From positions 28,306-92,305 of the forward strand of contig JAJPHD010000001.1 of NCBI GenBank assembly GCA_021325455.1: 64,000 nt of DNA, in the 5' to 3' direction. The notes beneath the pieces were generated by a model that saw only the letters and a list, made by a program, of their open reading frames with translations, was not told where the DNA came from and ran no database searches. Shown here one piece after another: positions 29,829-43,135 of this stretch. Within the stretch, counting starts at the first letter, position 1, and each line of letters starts with the position of its first letter. A program made the translations under genes and the position numbers. This DNA comes from Actinomycetota bacterium (GTDB lineage: Bacteria > Actinomycetota > Acidimicrobiia > Acidimicrobiales > JAJPHD01).

Positions 29829-31376
29829 TCAGTGCCTGAAGTGCCGCTCCCCCGTGAGCACCATGGCGATCCCCCGCTCGTCGGCGGCCTCGATCACCTC
29901 CGGGTCCCGGACGGACCCCCCCGGCTGGACCACGGCTGCCACACCGGCGCCCGCCAGCAGCTCCACCCCGTCCCGGAACGGGAAGAAGCCGTCACTCGCC
30001 GCCACGGCCCCTGCGGCGCGCCCGCCCGCCTTCCTGACGGCGATGGCGGCGGCATCGACCCGGCTGGGCTGGCCTCCTCCAAGCCCCACGGCCGCCCCCC
30101 CCGCCACCAGGGCCACGGCGTTGGACCAGGTGGCGGCAGCCAGCAGCCAGGCCAGCTCCAGGTCACGCCACTGGGCCTCGGTGGGCACGGCCCTGGTCAC
30201 CACCTTCCAGCCGTCCCGGGCCAGGCCGACCCGGTCGGGCCCCTGGACCAGGAACCCTCCCGCCACGGGCCGAAGGTCCCAGCTTCCCGGGGCGGGGCCA
30301 CCGCTAGGCCCGCCCGGGGGACCAGCCTCCAGGATCCTGGTGCTGCGCCGGCGCCGGGCCAGCATGGCCACGGACTCGTCCTCGTAGCCCGGGGCCAGCA
30401 CCACGTCGGCCTGGGGCCCTTCCACCATGGCCGAGGCAGCCGCCGCCGTCACCGGCTGGGACAGGGCCACGATCCCCCCGAAGGCCGACACCGGGTCGCC
30501 CGCCACCGCCAGGCAGTAGGCGGTGGCCAGGTCGCCGGCCACGGCCGCGCCGCAGGGGTTGGCGTGCTTCACCACCACGGCGGCGGGGCCTCCGGAGCTG
30601 CCGGCCCGAGAAAGGTCGTGGACCAGCGCCCAGGCCGCCTCGGAGTCCAGCACGTTGAGGTACGAGAGGTCGGTGCCCGAGCGCTGGGTCACCCCGTCCC
30701 ACCAGCTGGCGGCGCCCACCTCCCGGTAGCGGGCGCCTCGCTGGTGGGGGTTCTCCCCGTAGCGGAGGTCCTGGGCCCGCTCCAGGCAGAGGTGCAGGCT
30801 CAAGGGCAGGGCCTCCCCTGGGTCCTGGGCATCGAGCCAGGCCACGATGGCGGCGTCGTAGGCCGCGGTGTGGGCGAAGGCCGCCCGGGCCAGGCGCCGG
30901 CGGCTCTCCTCCCCCAGCCGGCCCGACCGGCGCAGCTCCTCCACCACCCAGCCGTAGTCAGCGGGGTCCACCACCACCCCCACATGGGCATGGTTCTTGG
31001 CCGCTCCGCGCACCAGGGTGGGCCCCCCGATGTCGATGGTCTCGATCCCCGGGCTCTCCCGGAACGGGTACAGGTTGCACACGACGAGGTCGATCGCCTC
31101 GATGGCCTGGGCCGCCAGCTCCCGGCCGTGCGCCGGGTCGGAACGGTCAGCCAGGATGCCGGCGTGGATGCGGGGGTGCAGGGTCTTGACCCGGCCACCC
31201 AGCATCTCGGGGAAGCCGGTGACCTCCTCCACCGGGGTCACGGGCAGGCCCGCCGAAGCCAGGGTGGCGGCCGTCCTCCCGCTCGCCAGCAGCTCCCAGC
31301 CCATCCCCACCAGCTCCCGGCCCAGGTCGGCCACACCGGTCTTGTCCGACACGGACAAAAGGGCGCGCCCGGCCAT
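29829..31376 (-). CDS. purH: AICAR transformylase/IMP cyclohydrolase
   Basis: ALLSVSDK, GRVKTLHP, IDIGGP, RYGENPHQ, KHANPCG, RHFRH. Confidence 0.96.
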   Translation of the reverse strand: MAGRALLSVSDKTGVADLGRELVGMGWELLASGRTAATLASAGLPVTPVEEVTGFPEMLGGRVKTLHPRIHAGILADRSDPAHGRELAAQAIEAIDLVVCNLYPFRESPGIETIDIGGPTLVRGAAKNHAHVGVVVDPADYGWVVEELRRSGRLGEESRRRLARAAFAHTAAYDAAIVAWLDAQDPGEALPLSLHLCLERAQDLRYGENPHQRGARYREVGAASWWDGVTQRSGTDLSYLNVLDSEAAWALVHDLSRAGSSGGPAAVVVKHANPCGAAVAGDLATAYCLAVAGDPVSAFGGIVALSQPVTAAAASAMVEGPQADVVLAPGYEDESVAMLARRRRSTRILEAGPPGGPSGGPAPGSWDLRPVAGGFLVQGPDRVGLARDGWKVVTRAVPTEAQWRDLELAWLLAAATWSNAVALVAGGAAVGLGGGQPSRVDAAAIAVRKAGGRAAGAVAASDGFFPFRDGVELLAGAGVAAVVQPGGSVRDPEVIEAADERGIAMVLTGERHFRH

Positions 31377-31948
31377 CAGGGGACCAGGAGGGAGGCGAGC
31401 AGGCCAGCTATGGCCTGCGGGTAGATGCGGCGCTCGACGGCCTTGATGCGCTCGTGCAGCGACTGGGCGGTGTCCCCGGGCAGCACCGGCACCTTCTCCT
31501 GGGCCAGGATGGGGCCGTCGTCCACGGCGGCCGTGGCCACATGGACCGTGCAGCCCGTCTCCTGCACCCCGGCCGCCAGGGCCTCCTCCACGGCGTGCCA
31601 CCCCTTGAAGGCCGGGAGCAGGGCCGGGTGGGTGTTCAGCACCCGGCCTGGCCAGGCCTCGAACATGAGCCCCGCCAGCACGGTGCCGAACCCCGCCATG
31701 GCCACCAGCTCCACGTCGTGGGCCCGCAGCCGCTGCACCAGCTCACCGGTGTAGGCCTCCCTGTCGAACCCGTCCCCGTACCCGCCGAAGGCCCTCCTGT
31801 CCACCAGCTCGGTCGCCACCCCGGCCCTGGCGGCCACCGAGAGGGCCCGGCAGGGGCGGTCGGCGCCCACAACCCCTACCGGGAGGCCAGCGCCCAGAAG
31901 GGCCTCCAGGATGGTCCCGCTGCCCGAGGCCAGCACCCCTATCCGCAC
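31376..31948 (-). CDS. purN: Phosphoribosylglycinamide formyltransferase
   Basis: VLASGSGT, NTHPALLPAFKG, GCTVH, DDGPI. Confidence 0.94.
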   Translation of the reverse strand: MRIGVLASGSGTILEALLGAGLPVGVVGADRPCRALSVAARAGVATELVDRRAFGGYGDGFDREAYTGELVQRLRAHDVELVAMAGFGTVLAGLMFEAWPGRVLNTHPALLPAFKGWHAVEEALAAGVQETGCTVHVATAAVDDGPILAQEKVPVLPGDTAQSLHERIKAVERRIYPQAIAGLLASLLVP

Positions 31949-32021
31949 CGGGGCCGACCCTAGCAGCAGGCCCTCCGGGCTCGGGGGCCGCCGTGAGGGC
32001 ACGGGAAGGGGCCGGCGGCCC

Positions 32022-32906
32022 CTAGAGCCCCCTCACCACCTCGACCATCATCTCCCCCGCCGCCGTGGGGTTGGGCGCCACCCGGGCGCCGGCGGCCTCC
32101 AAGGCCTCCATCTTGGCCCGGGCCGTGCCCTGGGAGCCGGAGATGATGGCCCCGGCATGCCCCATGCGCCGGCCCGGCGGGGCCGTGACCCCGGCTATGT
32201 AGGCCACCACGGGCTTGGTCATCTCCTTGGCTATGTACTCCGCAGCCCGCTCCTCCTCCGAGCCCCCGATCTCGCCGATCATCATCACCGCCCCCGTCTC
32301 CGGGTCGGCCTGGAAGGCGGCCAGGCAGTCGATGAAGCTGGTGCCGGGCACGGGGTCCCCGCCTATGCCCACGCAGGTGGTCTGGCCCACGCCCTGGAGG
32401 GAGAGCTCGTTCAGGGCCTGGTAGGTGAGCGTCCCGGACCGGCTCACGATGCCCACCGGCCCGCCGGCCAGGGCGATCTCCCCGGCGGTTATGCCTATGT
32501 TGCACTTGCCCGGCGAGATGATGCCCGGGCAGTTGGGCCCGAGGAGGCGGGTAGCGGGGTAGTCCCGGCGCAACAGGTTGTAGAACCTGGCCTCGTCCTG
32601 GGCCGGGATGAACTCGGTGATGCACACGACGAAGGGGATGCCCGCCGCCGCCGCCTCCACCACGGCGTCGCCGGCGAAGCGGGGGGGCACCGACACGAAG
32701 CTGGCATTGGCCCCCGTGGCCGCCACGGCCTCGGCCACCGAGTCGAAGACGGGAATGCCCTCCACGTCCTGGCCACCCTTGCCCGGGGTGACGCCGGCCA
32801 CGACCTTGGTGCCGTAGGCCCGGTTGCGCAGGGCGTGGAAGCGCCCCTGGCCCCCGGTGAGGCCCTGGACCACGACCTTGGTGTTCTCGTCGACGAAGAT
32901 GCTCAC
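32022..32906 (-). CDS. sucD: Succinyl-CoA synthetase alpha subunit
   Basis: VQGLTG, GPNCPG, SRSGTL, MGHAGA. Confidence 0.96.
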   Translation of the reverse strand: MSIFVDENTKVVVQGLTGGQGRFHALRNRAYGTKVVAGVTPGKGGQDVEGIPVFDSVAEAVAATGANASFVSVPPRFAGDAVVEAAAAGIPFVVCITEFIPAQDEARFYNLLRRDYPATRLLGPNCPGIISPGKCNIGITAGEIALAGGPVGIVSRSGTLTYQALNELSLQGVGQTTCVGIGGDPVPGTSFIDCLAAFQADPETGAVMMIGEIGGSEEERAAEYIAKEMTKPVVAYIAGVTAPPGRRMGHAGAIISGSQGTARAKMEALEAAGARVAPNPTAAGEMMVEVVRGL

Positions 32907-34108
32907 CGGCTCCTGCCTTCCGTCCCCTCTTCCTGGCTTCCGTCCCTCTCCCGGCTCCGGTCCCCGGCCAGCGAGACGGCCGTGCGAGCCGCCTCCAGCA
33001 TGGTGGGCCGCACGATCAGGCGCTCGGACTCGTGCTCCTTCAGGATGCGCCGCCCCTCCTCGGCGTTGGTGCCGTCCAGCCTGAGGACCAAGGGCGACCC
33101 CAGCTCCACCCGGGAGATGGCCTCCACGATGCCCCTGGCCACCTCGTCCACCCGGGTGATCCCGCCGAACACGTTGACCAGGATGGCCGCCACCTTGGGG
33201 TCGGTGTTGATGACCTCCAGGGCTGCCGCCATCACGGCCGCGTTGGCGCCACCTCCTATGTCCAAGAAGTTGGCCGGGCTGCCTCCCACCTGGTTGACGA
33301 CGTCGCAGGTGCTCATGGCCAGGCCGGCCCCGTTGGCGATTATCCCGACGGTGCCGTCGAGGCCTATGTAGTTGAGCCCCCTTTCCCGGGCCAGCCTCTC
33401 CCTCTCGTCCAGCTCGGCGCTCCCCTTCCACTCCTCCCACTCGGGATGGCGGAAGGCGGCGTTGTCGTCCAGGGTCACCTTGGCGTCCAGGGCGTGGATA
33501 TGGCCGTCGGGGGTGAGGATCAGCGGGTTTATCTCCACCAGGTCGGCGTCTCCCTCGACGAAGCAGCGGTACAGCCTGGTGAGCACCTGGGCTGCCTCCT
33601 CCTGGGCACCCGGCTCGGAGGGGGCCAGGCCGGCCTCTGCGACCAGCCGGCGGGCCTGGTCCGGTGAGAGGCCGTCAACGGGATCTATGTGGAGCCGGGC
33701 GATGGCGGCGGGGTCCTCCTCGGCCACCTGCTCGATCTCCACCCCCCCCTTGGACGAGACCATGGCCAGGTGGAGCTTGGCCGCCCGGTCCAGGGTGAGG
33801 CTGGCGTAGTACTCCTCGGCGATGTCAGAGGCGTGCTCGATCCATAGCCGGCGCACCCGGTGGCCCTTGATGTCCATCCCGAGGATGGCGCCGGCATGGG
33901 ACCTGACCTCGTCGGCACCGGAGGCCAGCTTGATCCCTCCCGCTTTGCCCCTGCCCCCCACCTGGACCTGAGCCTTCACGACCACCGGGTAGCCGGCCTC
34001 CTCGGCCCGGGCCACCGCCTCCTCCACGGTGTCGGCCACCCCTCCCCGGGAGGTGGGGATGCCCCAACGGGCGAAGTACTGCTTGCCCTGGTACTCGAAC
34101 AGGTCCAC
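32903..34108 (-). CDS. sucC: Succinyl-CoA synthetase beta subunit
   Basis: MDLFEYQGK, GGRGKAGG, NGAGLAM, NFLDIGGG. Confidence 0.96.
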   Translation of the reverse strand: MDLFEYQGKQYFARWGIPTSRGGVADTVEEAVARAEEAGYPVVVKAQVQVGGRGKAGGIKLASGADEVRSHAGAILGMDIKGHRVRRLWIEHASDIAEEYYASLTLDRAAKLHLAMVSSKGGVEIEQVAEEDPAAIARLHIDPVDGLSPDQARRLVAEAGLAPSEPGAQEEAAQVLTRLYRCFVEGDADLVEINPLILTPDGHIHALDAKVTLDDNAAFRHPEWEEWKGSAELDERERLARERGLNYIGLDGTVGIIANGAGLAMSTCDVVNQVGGSPANFLDIGGGANAAVMAAALEVINTDPKVAAILVNVFGGITRVDEVARGIVEAISRVELGSPLVLRLDGTNAEEGRRILKEHESERLIVRPTMLEAARTAVSLAGDRSRERDGSQEEGTEGRSR

Positions 34109-34206
34109 CTGCTCTCCTTGCCTTCTCGTCGTCGAAATGGAACTCTTCCCACCCCAGCGGGGCTGGCCGCTCCCGCTCCCCGCAGGGCCCCTTGGGGCCC
34201 GGATGC

Positions 34207-34632
<426 letters not shown>

Positions 34633-34680
34633 CAACCGAATGCTACCGGGGGTCTCCCGCCGGGCCCCAAACCAGGCGGC

Positions 34681-36963
34681 TCAGGCCCTCTTCAGCGGAG
34701 CCAGGGTGAGCAGCAGGTTCTTCTCCCCCAGGCCGGGGAAGCGCACCGTTGCCTCCGCCCTGTCGCCCTCCCCCCGCAGGTCCACCACCACCCCCTCGCC
34801 CCACTTGGCGTGCACTACGTCGTCCCCCACCCGCAGCCCCAGGCGCTCGGCCCCGGAGGTGCGGGTGGGACCGGTGCGCCCGCTGCGCAGCGCCGACTCC
34901 ACGAGCCAGTCCCGGCCCCACCGCCCGGGGGGAGTGAGCGCCCCCCGCCTCCTCCCGCGCCGAGCCTCACCCGCCCTGTCCAGCAGCTTCTCGGGGATCT
35001 CCTGGAGGAACCGGCTGGGCGGGTTGAACTGGGTGGAGCCCCACAGGGAGCGGCAATAGGCGTGGCTCAGGTACAGCCGCTCCCGGGCCCTCGTGATGCC
35101 CACGTAGCAGAGCCGGCGCTCCTCCTCCAGCTGGTCGGGCTCGGTCAGCGACCGCAGGTGGGGGAACACGCCCTCCTCCATGCCCACCAGGAAGACGGCC
35201 CGGTACTCGAGGCCCTTGGCGGTGTGGAGGGTCATGAGCAGGACCCTGGAGTCGTCGTCGTCCACCTCGTCGGCATCCGCCACCAGGGCCACCGACTCCA
35301 GGAACTGGTACGGGTCGGGGTGCTCGTTGGCCGTGCCCACCAGCTCCCCCACGTTCTCCAGGCGGCCGGCCGCCTCCACGCTGTGCTCGGCCTCCAGCTC
35401 CTGGCGATAGCCGGTCCTCTCCAGGACAGCCTCCAGCAGCTCCGCCGTGGTGGCCCGCTCAGGGGGCTCGGGGGCGATGCGCTGGCGCAGCTCGTCGAGG
35501 AGGGAGGCCAGCCTGGCCGCCCCGGCCAGGGCCCGGCCGGAGAGGCCGGCCTCCTCGGCGCGACCCAGAGCCTGGCCCAGATGGGTCCCCCGGTCACGGG
35601 CCCAGCGCTCCAGTCTGGCCACCGAGGTGTCCCCGAGGCCGCGCCGGGGCACGTTGAGTATGCGCCTGAGGCTGACCTCGTCGGCGGGGTTCACCACCAC
35701 CCGGAGGTAGGCGAGCAGGTCCTTCACCTCGCGCCGGTCGTAGAAGCGGGTGCCCCCGACCACCTTGAAGGGGACGGCCCGGCGCACCAGCTCCTCCTCC
35801 AGCACCCTGCTCTGGGCGTTGGTGCGGTAGAAGACGGCCATGTCCCCCCAGCGCCACGGGGCCTCCGACCGGGCCCGGCCATCCGTCGGGGAGCCGGAAT
35901 GGAGCCCGCTCAGCGTCCGGGCCACCCAGGCCGCCTCGTCCCGCTCGTCGGCCGCCTCGAAGTCGACCACGTTGGGGCCCCGGTGGCTGTCGGTCCACAG
36001 GGCCTTGGGCTTGCGGGCCGTGTTGTTGGCTATGACGGCGTTGGCGGCGTCGAGGATGGTCTGGGTGGAGCGGTAGTTCTGCTCCAGCATGATCACGGTG
36101 GTGTCCGGGAAGGCGTGCTCGAAGTCCAAGATGTTGCGCAGGTCGGCCCCCCGGAACCGGTATATGGACTGATCGGCGTCCCCGACCACGCACACGTTGC
36201 GGTGCCGGCGGCCCAGCATGAGGACCAGCTCGTTCTGCACCCGGTTGGTGTCCTGGTACTCGTCCACCAGCACGTGGGAGAAGCGCTCCTGGTACTGCCC
36301 GAGCAGCTGGGGGCTCATCTGGAACAGCCGGGCTGTGTTGTCCAAGAGGTCGTCGAAGTCCATGGCATTGGCGGCGAGCAGGCGGCCCTGGTACTCGCGG
36401 TAGACCTCGGCCACTCGCCTCTCGAACAGGTTCCCCGCCCGCTCCCGGTAGCTCTCGAAGTCGACCATCTCCGCCTTGGCCCCGCTGATCATGGCATGCA
36501 CCAGCCGGGGGGCGAAGCGCTTGGCGTCCAGCCCGAGGTCGCGCACCACGTAGCCGGTCAAGCGGACGGCGTCGGACTGGTCGTAGATCGTGAACGAGGA
36601 CCCGTACCCGAGCTCCCCGGCGTGCCGGCGCAGTATCCGCACGCAGGCGGCGTGGAAGGTGGAGACCCACATGCGTTCGGCCACCGGCCCCACCAGGGCC
36701 CCCACCCTGGCCTTCATCTCGTCGGCGGCCTTGTTGGTGAAGGTGATGGCCAGGATGGCGAAGGGGGACACCTTCCGCTCGGCTATGAGGTAGGCGATGC
36801 GGCGGGTGAGGACCCGGGTCTTGCCCGAGCCAGCCCCAGCCACCACCAGCAACGGGCCTCCCTCGTGCACGACGGCCCGGCGCTGCTCGGGGTTGAGGTC
36901 GTCGAGCAGGTCGGCCGGCGTCGGGCGCCGGGCCCCGGCGGGCTGGGTGTCTGGGAGGGCCAC
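34681..36963 (-). CDS. pcrA: UvrD/PcrA DNA helicase
   Basis: AGAGSGKT, VDEYQDTN, NYRST, AKGLE, EERRLCYVGITRA, C-terminal Tudor-like domain. Start set by the TAGGGT -10 box. Confidence 0.95.
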   Translation of the reverse strand: MALPDTQPAGARRPTPADLLDDLNPEQRRAVVHEGGPLLVVAGAGSGKTRVLTRRIAYLIAERKVSPFAILAITFTNKAADEMKARVGALVGPVAERMWVSTFHAACVRILRRHAGELGYGSSFTIYDQSDAVRLTGYVVRDLGLDAKRFAPRLVHAMISGAKAEMVDFESYRERAGNLFERRVAEVYREYQGRLLAANAMDFDDLLDNTARLFQMSPQLLGQYQERFSHVLVDEYQDTNRVQNELVLMLGRRHRNVCVVGDADQSIYRFRGADLRNILDFEHAFPDTTVIMLEQNYRSTQTILDAANAVIANNTARKPKALWTDSHRGPNVVDFEAADERDEAAWVARTLSGLHSGSPTDGRARSEAPWRWGDMAVFYRTNAQSRVLEEELVRRAVPFKVVGGTRFYDRREVKDLLAYLRVVVNPADEVSLRRILNVPRRGLGDTSVARLERWARDRGTHLGQALGRAEEAGLSGRALAGAARLASLLDELRQRIAPEPPERATTAELLEAVLERTGYRQELEAEHSVEAAGRLENVGELVGTANEHPDPYQFLESVALVADADEVDDDDSRVLLMTLHTAKGLEYRAVFLVGMEEGVFPHLRSLTEPDQLEEERRLCYVGITRARERLYLSHAYCRSLWGSTQFNPPSRFLQEIPEKLLDRAGEARRGRRRGALTPPGRWGRDWLVESALRSGRTGPTRTSGAERLGLRVGDDVVHAKWGEGVVVDLRGEGDRAEATVRFPGLGEKNLLLTLAPLKRA

Positions 36964-37033
36964 TGCCCTCACCCTACCTGCGGCCCAGGAGGCCGGAGGG
37001 TACCCGGGCCCGCCCCGGCAGCCAGGACCGGCC

Positions 37034-37666
37034 TCAGTTGGCCGAGAGGTCCAAGGGGTAGGCAGCCAGTATGGCCAGCTCGCCCCCCTGCCGGCGCAAG
37101 ACCCTCTTCCACAGGTCCCCCGGCTGTCCGGTCATGGCGTCACCCGCTTCGGCCCCCACCACCAGCCAACCCCCCCTTTCGACCTCGGAGTCGAGCTGGC
37201 CGGGCCCCCAACCGGCGTAGCCGGCGAAGACCCGCAAGGCGTTCAGCCCGGGCCCGGCCTGGTCCCGGTCGGCGTTGAGGTCCAGCGTGCCCAGCCGGTC
37301 CCCGAGAACGGGCCGCCACGGCCCCGCCGGGTCCCCCTGCTCCTTCAGGAAGGGCGGCTCCCCGACGGGCCCCGGTCCCTCCCGGTGCCCCCCCTCCTCC
37401 GGAGGCCCCGGCTCCCTCAGGGCCAAGCAGATGGCCGACCCGGGCGAGACCGGGCCCCCCACGAAGACCACCGGGGGCTCGGCCGCCAGGTCCATCCACT
37501 GGGGCAAGGGCTCGGACACCGGCATGCCCGTCGGCCGGTTGAGGACCAGGCCGAGGCCCCCCTCTTCGTCATGGTGGAGCACGAGGACCACGGTGCGGGC
37601 GAAGTTGGGGTCCACGAGGCCGGGGGTGGCCACGAGCAACTGGCCGGCGAGGCTACGAGGGGCCAT
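37034..37666 (-). CDS. YqgE/AlgH family protein
   Basis: DPNFARTVV, GLVLNRP, GGPV, GYAGWGPGQL. Confidence 0.9.
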   Translation of the reverse strand: MAPRSLAGQLLVATPGLVDPNFARTVVLVLHHDEEGGLGLVLNRPTGMPVSEPLPQWMDLAAEPPVVFVGGPVSPGSAICLALREPGPPEEGGHREGPGPVGEPPFLKEQGDPAGPWRPVLGDRLGTLDLNADRDQAGPGLNALRVFAGYAGWGPGQLDSEVERGGWLVVGAEAGDAMTGQPGDLWKRVLRRQGGELAILAAYPLDLSAN

Positions 37667-37679
37667 GTCCGCCGGACCC

Positions 37680-39290
37680 CTATTCCCACTCGATCGTTCC
37701 CGGCGGCTTGGAGGTGACGTCGAGGGCCACCCGGTTCACGCCCGGCACCTCGTTGATGATGCGCCGGGACAAGCGCTCCACCAGGTCGTAGGGGAGCCGG
37801 GCCCAGTCCGCGGTCATGGCGTCGTCGCTGCTCACCGCCCGGATCACGATGGGGTAGGCGTAGGTCCGCTCGTCCCCCATGACCCCGACGGTGCGCACCA
37901 CCGGGAGCACGGCGAAAGCCTGCCACAGCTGGCGGTGCAGGCCGGCGCGCTGGACCTCCTCCACCACGATGGCGTCGGCAGCCCGCAGGATCTCCACCCT
38001 CTCCCTGGTGACCGTGCCGACGATGCGCACGGCCAGGCCCGGCCCCGGGAAGGGCTGGCGCCACACGATCTCCTCGGGCAGGCCCAGCTCCTCACCCACG
38101 GCCCGCACCTCGTCCTTGAACAGCAGCCGCAGGGGCTCGACCAGCTCCAGGCCCATCTCGGCGGGAAGGCCGCCCACGTTGTGGTGGGACTTGATGCGGG
38201 CGGCGTCAGCGGTTCCGGACTCGATGACGTCGGGGTAGAGGGTGCCCTGGACGAGGAACCGGGCCCCGCTCCTGCCCGAGGCCCTGGCCACCTCCTCGAA
38301 GACCCGGATGAAGGTCTCCCCGATGGCCCTCCTCTTGGCCTCGGGGTCCGACACCCCCTCCAGCACCGAGAAGAACCGGTCGGCCGCCTTGGCATGCACC
38401 AGGTCCAGGCCGAACTGGCGGCGGAAGGTCTCCTCGACCTGCTCGCCCTCCCCCTCGCGCATGAGGCCGGTGTCCACGAAGACGCAGGTGAGCTGGGACC
38501 CTACCGCCTTGTGCACCAGAGCGGCCGCCACCGCCGAGTCAACCCCGCCGGAGAGGGCGCAGAGGACCGCCTCGCCGCCCACCTGGGCCCTGATCGCCTC
38601 CACGGCGGACTCGATGATGGAGGTCCTGGTCCATGACGGCCGGCAGCGGCACACGTCCCTCAGCCAGGCCTTGAGCAGGTCCTGGCCCCGGTCGGTATGG
38701 GCCACCTCGGGGTGGAACTGGACGGCGTACAGCCCCCGCCCAGGGTCCTCGAAGGCCGCCACCGGGGAGGAAGGGGTCGAGGCGGTGACGGCAAAGCCGG
38801 CCGGTGGCTCCACCACGGCGTCGAAGTGGCTCATCCACACGTCACCACGCTCCGGCCACCCGGAGAACAGGGGCGACCCGAGCCCGGTCCCGCTCGCCAG
38901 GGACAGCGACGTGCGGCCGTACTCGGCCTGCCCCGTGCGGGCCACCACTCCCCCCAGGTCCCGGGCCAGGAGCTGGGCGCCGTAGCAGATGCCGAGGACC
39001 GGCACCCCGGCGGACCACAGGGCCGGGTCCAGCCCGGGGGCGCCGGGCACGTGCACGGAGGCCGGCCCCCCCGACAGGATGATGCCCCGGGGGCGTCGGG
39101 CCAGCATCTCCTTGGCCGGCGTGTCCCGGGGAACGATCTCGGAGTAGACGTGGGCCTCCCGCACCCGCCTGGCGATCAGCTGGGCGTACTGGGCCCCGAA
39201 GTCGACGACGAGGACGAGGTCCTCGGGGTGAGGAGAGGGGGCGGGCGAGAGGGGGCCAGCTCCTGCCGGAGCGGGAGCGGGGCTAACCAC
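37680..39290 (-). CDS. guaA: GMP synthase (glutamine-hydrolysing)
   Basis: [40 protein letters not shown]. Confidence 0.97.
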   Translation of the reverse strand: MVSPAPAPAGAGPLSPAPSPHPEDLVLVVDFGAQYAQLIARRVREAHVYSEIVPRDTPAKEMLARRPRGIILSGGPASVHVPGAPGLDPALWSAGVPVLGICYGAQLLARDLGGVVARTGQAEYGRTSLSLASGTGLGSPLFSGWPERGDVWMSHFDAVVEPPAGFAVTASTPSSPVAAFEDPGRGLYAVQFHPEVAHTDRGQDLLKAWLRDVCRCRPSWTRTSIIESAVEAIRAQVGGEAVLCALSGGVDSAVAAALVHKAVGSQLTCVFVDTGLMREGEGEQVEETFRRQFGLDLVHAKAADRFFSVLEGVSDPEAKRRAIGETFIRVFEEVARASGRSGARFLVQGTLYPDVIESGTADAARIKSHHNVGGLPAEMGLELVEPLRLLFKDEVRAVGEELGLPEEIVWRQPFPGPGLAVRIVGTVTRERVEILRAADAIVVEEVQRAGLHRQLWQAFAVLPVVRTVGVMGDERTYAYPIVIRAVSSDDAMTADWARLPYDLVERLSRRIINEVPGVNRVALDVTSKPPGTIEWE

Positions 39291-39338
39291 GGCCGAGCCC
39301 GAAGACCGACTGCCCCGAGCGCGCCAGCCGGCCCCGAC

Positions 39339-40502
39339 CTAGCGGCCCATCCCCACGCCCTGGGACCGCTGGAGGGCCTTCCCCTCGGTCTGCAGGGCAG
39401 GGGCCACCATGACCTCGGCCTTCTGGAACTCCTTCACGGTCTCGTAGCCGCAGGTGGCCATGGAGGTCCGCAAAGCCCCGAACAGGTTGAGGCGCCCGTC
39501 GTTCTCGTGCGCCGGCCCCAGCAGGATCTCCCGCAGCGAGCCCCGCACCGACGTCTTCACCCGGGTGCCCCGGGGGAGGGTGGGGTGGAAGGTGGCCATC
39601 CCCCAGTGGTAGCCACGGCCCGGCGCCTCCCGGGCGGCCGCCAGGGGGGAGCCGATCATGACGGCGTCGGCCCCGCAGGCGATGGCCTTGCACACGTCCC
39701 CGCCCGTGCTCATCCCGCCGTCGGCTATCACGTGGCAGTACACCCCGGTCTCGTCCAGGTGGCGCATGCGGGCCCCGGCGGCATCGGCGATGGCGGTGGC
39801 CTGGGGCACTCCCACCCCGAGCACCCCCCGGGTCGTGCAGGCGTTGCCGGGGCCCACGCCCACCAGCACCCCCACCGCCCCCGTCCGCATGAGGTGGAGG
39901 GCGGCCTGGTAGGAGGCGCAGCCCCCCACGATCACCGGGATGTCCAGCTCCCGTATGAAGCGCTTGAGGTTCAGCGCCTCGCTGGTACGGGACACGTGCT
40001 CGGCCGACACCACCGTCCCCTGGATCACCAGCAGGTCGAGCTCGGCCTCGAGGATGGAAGGGGCCAGGGCCCGGGTCCGCTGTGGGGTGACCGAGGCGCA
40101 GGCGATGACGCCGGAGTCCTTGATCTCCCGGATGCGCTTCACCACCAACTCGGGTTTGACCGGCTCGGCGTAGATCTGCTGCATGCGGGCGGTGACCTTG
40201 TCGCCCTCCAGCGAGGCAATCTCCTCGAAGCACGGCTCGGGATCGGCGTAGCGGGTCCAGAGGCCCTCCAGGTTGAGCACGCCCAGTCCCCCCAGGCGGC
40301 CGATCTCGATCGCCGTGGCCGGGCTCACCACCCCGTCCATGGCCGAAGCCATGAGGGGGAGCTCGAACCGCCAGGCGTCGATCTCCCACGACATGTCTAT
40401 GTCCTCAGGGTCCCGGGTGCGCCGGCTGGGCACGATGGCTATGTCATCCAGCCCGTAAGCCCGCCGTCCCGACTTCCCGATCCCGATCTCCACCTCAGCC
40501 AC
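39339..40502 (-). CDS. guaB3: GuaB3-family IMP dehydrogenase-related protein
   Basis: [47 protein letters not shown]. Confidence 0.92.
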   Translation of the reverse strand: MAEVEIGIGKSGRRAYGLDDIAIVPSRRTRDPEDIDMSWEIDAWRFELPLMASAMDGVVSPATAIEIGRLGGLGVLNLEGLWTRYADPEPCFEEIASLEGDKVTARMQQIYAEPVKPELVVKRIREIKDSGVIACASVTPQRTRALAPSILEAELDLLVIQGTVVSAEHVSRTSEALNLKRFIRELDIPVIVGGCASYQAALHLMRTGAVGVLVGVGPGNACTTRGVLGVGVPQATAIADAAGARMRHLDETGVYCHVIADGGMSTGGDVCKAIACGADAVMIGSPLAAAREAPGRGYHWGMATFHPTLPRGTRVKTSVRGSLREILLGPAHENDGRLNLFGALRTSMATCGYETVKEFQKAEVMVAPALQTEGKALQRSQGVGMGR

Positions 40503-40578
40503 CGCGCCAGGATAGTTGTGGTCCCAGGGGAGATGGCCGACCGTCTCCCGGGGGGTGGCGCCCTCCTGCCGGGCCCGG

Positions 40579-41169
40579 TCAGTCGGGCCGGGCAGCGCCG
40601 GCCGGGATGGCGTCCAGCAGCTCGCGCAGCACAGCCGCCGTGGCCCCCCACACGGTCCTTCCCCCCAGCTCGAAGAAGTGGACCGGATGCGCGACCCCCC
40701 CCGGGGCGGACCACATCTCCTGGCGGTGGACGCCCTCGGCAGCCAGGTCGGACAGGGCGACGTCGAAGACCTCCTCCACCTCCTCGGGGCTGGGCGCCAA
40801 GGTGGGTCGGCCCGTCAGGAAGCCCACGACCGGTGTGATGCGGGAGGAGCTGGATGCGGTGTAGAGGGGCGACAGCTCCCCCACCACCTCCACGCTGGCG
40901 GGGTCCAGGCCCACCTCCTCCCGGGCCTCCCGCAGGGCGGCCGCCACCACGTCCTCGCCGGGGTCCAGGCCACCACCGGGGAAAGCCACCTGCCCGGTGT
41001 GGGTCCGGAGCCGGGTGGAGCGCCGGGTAAGCACCACCCTGGCCTCCCGGCCCTCCTGGAACAGGGCTACCAGCACCGCGGACTGGCGACCGCCCCCAGG
41101 CTGCGCCGCCCCGCCGGCGGGGCGGCGCAGCCCGGCCCGCACCCGCTCAAGGGTTATGGGCTCAGCCAC
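40579..41169 (-). CDS. Nudix hydrolase (CoA pyrophosphatase type)
   Basis: LTRRSTRLRTHTGQVAFPGG, AALREAREEVGL, VWGATA. Confidence 0.9.
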   Translation of the reverse strand: MAEPITLERVRAGLRRPAGGAAQPGGGRQSAVLVALFQEGREARVVLTRRSTRLRTHTGQVAFPGGGLDPGEDVVAAALREAREEVGLDPASVEVVGELSPLYTASSSSRITPVVGFLTGRPTLAPSPEEVEEVFDVALSDLAAEGVHRQEMWSAPGGVAHPVHFFELGGRTVWGATAAVLRELLDAIPAGAARPD

Positions 41170-41347
41170 TCGCCTCGGGCGCCGGCGCCTTCCATCCCGT
41201 TCGGACCAGGTCCTCCAGCACCTCCCGCATCCCACCGGTCTTGAGGTCCGCCATGACCCGGCCCGGGGGGGTCTCCCCCCGCTCCCATTCCATCCAGGTG
41301 GCCAACAGCTTGGCCGGGTCGGGCGGCGGGCGGTCAGCGAGGGACAT
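41162..41347 (-). CDS. Small hypothetical protein (61 aa)
   Basis: TAGAGT -10 box 6 nt before ATG. Overlaps the Nudix start by 8 nt. Confidence 0.65.
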   Translation of the reverse strand: MSLADRPPPDPAKLLATWMEWERGETPPGRVMADLKTGGMREVLEDLVRTGWKAPAPEASG

Positions 41348-41494
41348 GTCCCGACTCTATGAGCGGTCCGGCCCCGGGCGCGCCACCGGCCGGGCCCAGA
41401 GGCCCGGCCGGTGGACCAACGCCTCGGCGCCCGGGGGGGAGGTGAGCGCCGTCAGCGTGGCAGCGTCAACTCTAACACCCACCCGGGCCGGGGG

Positions 41495-43135
<1,641 letters not shown>

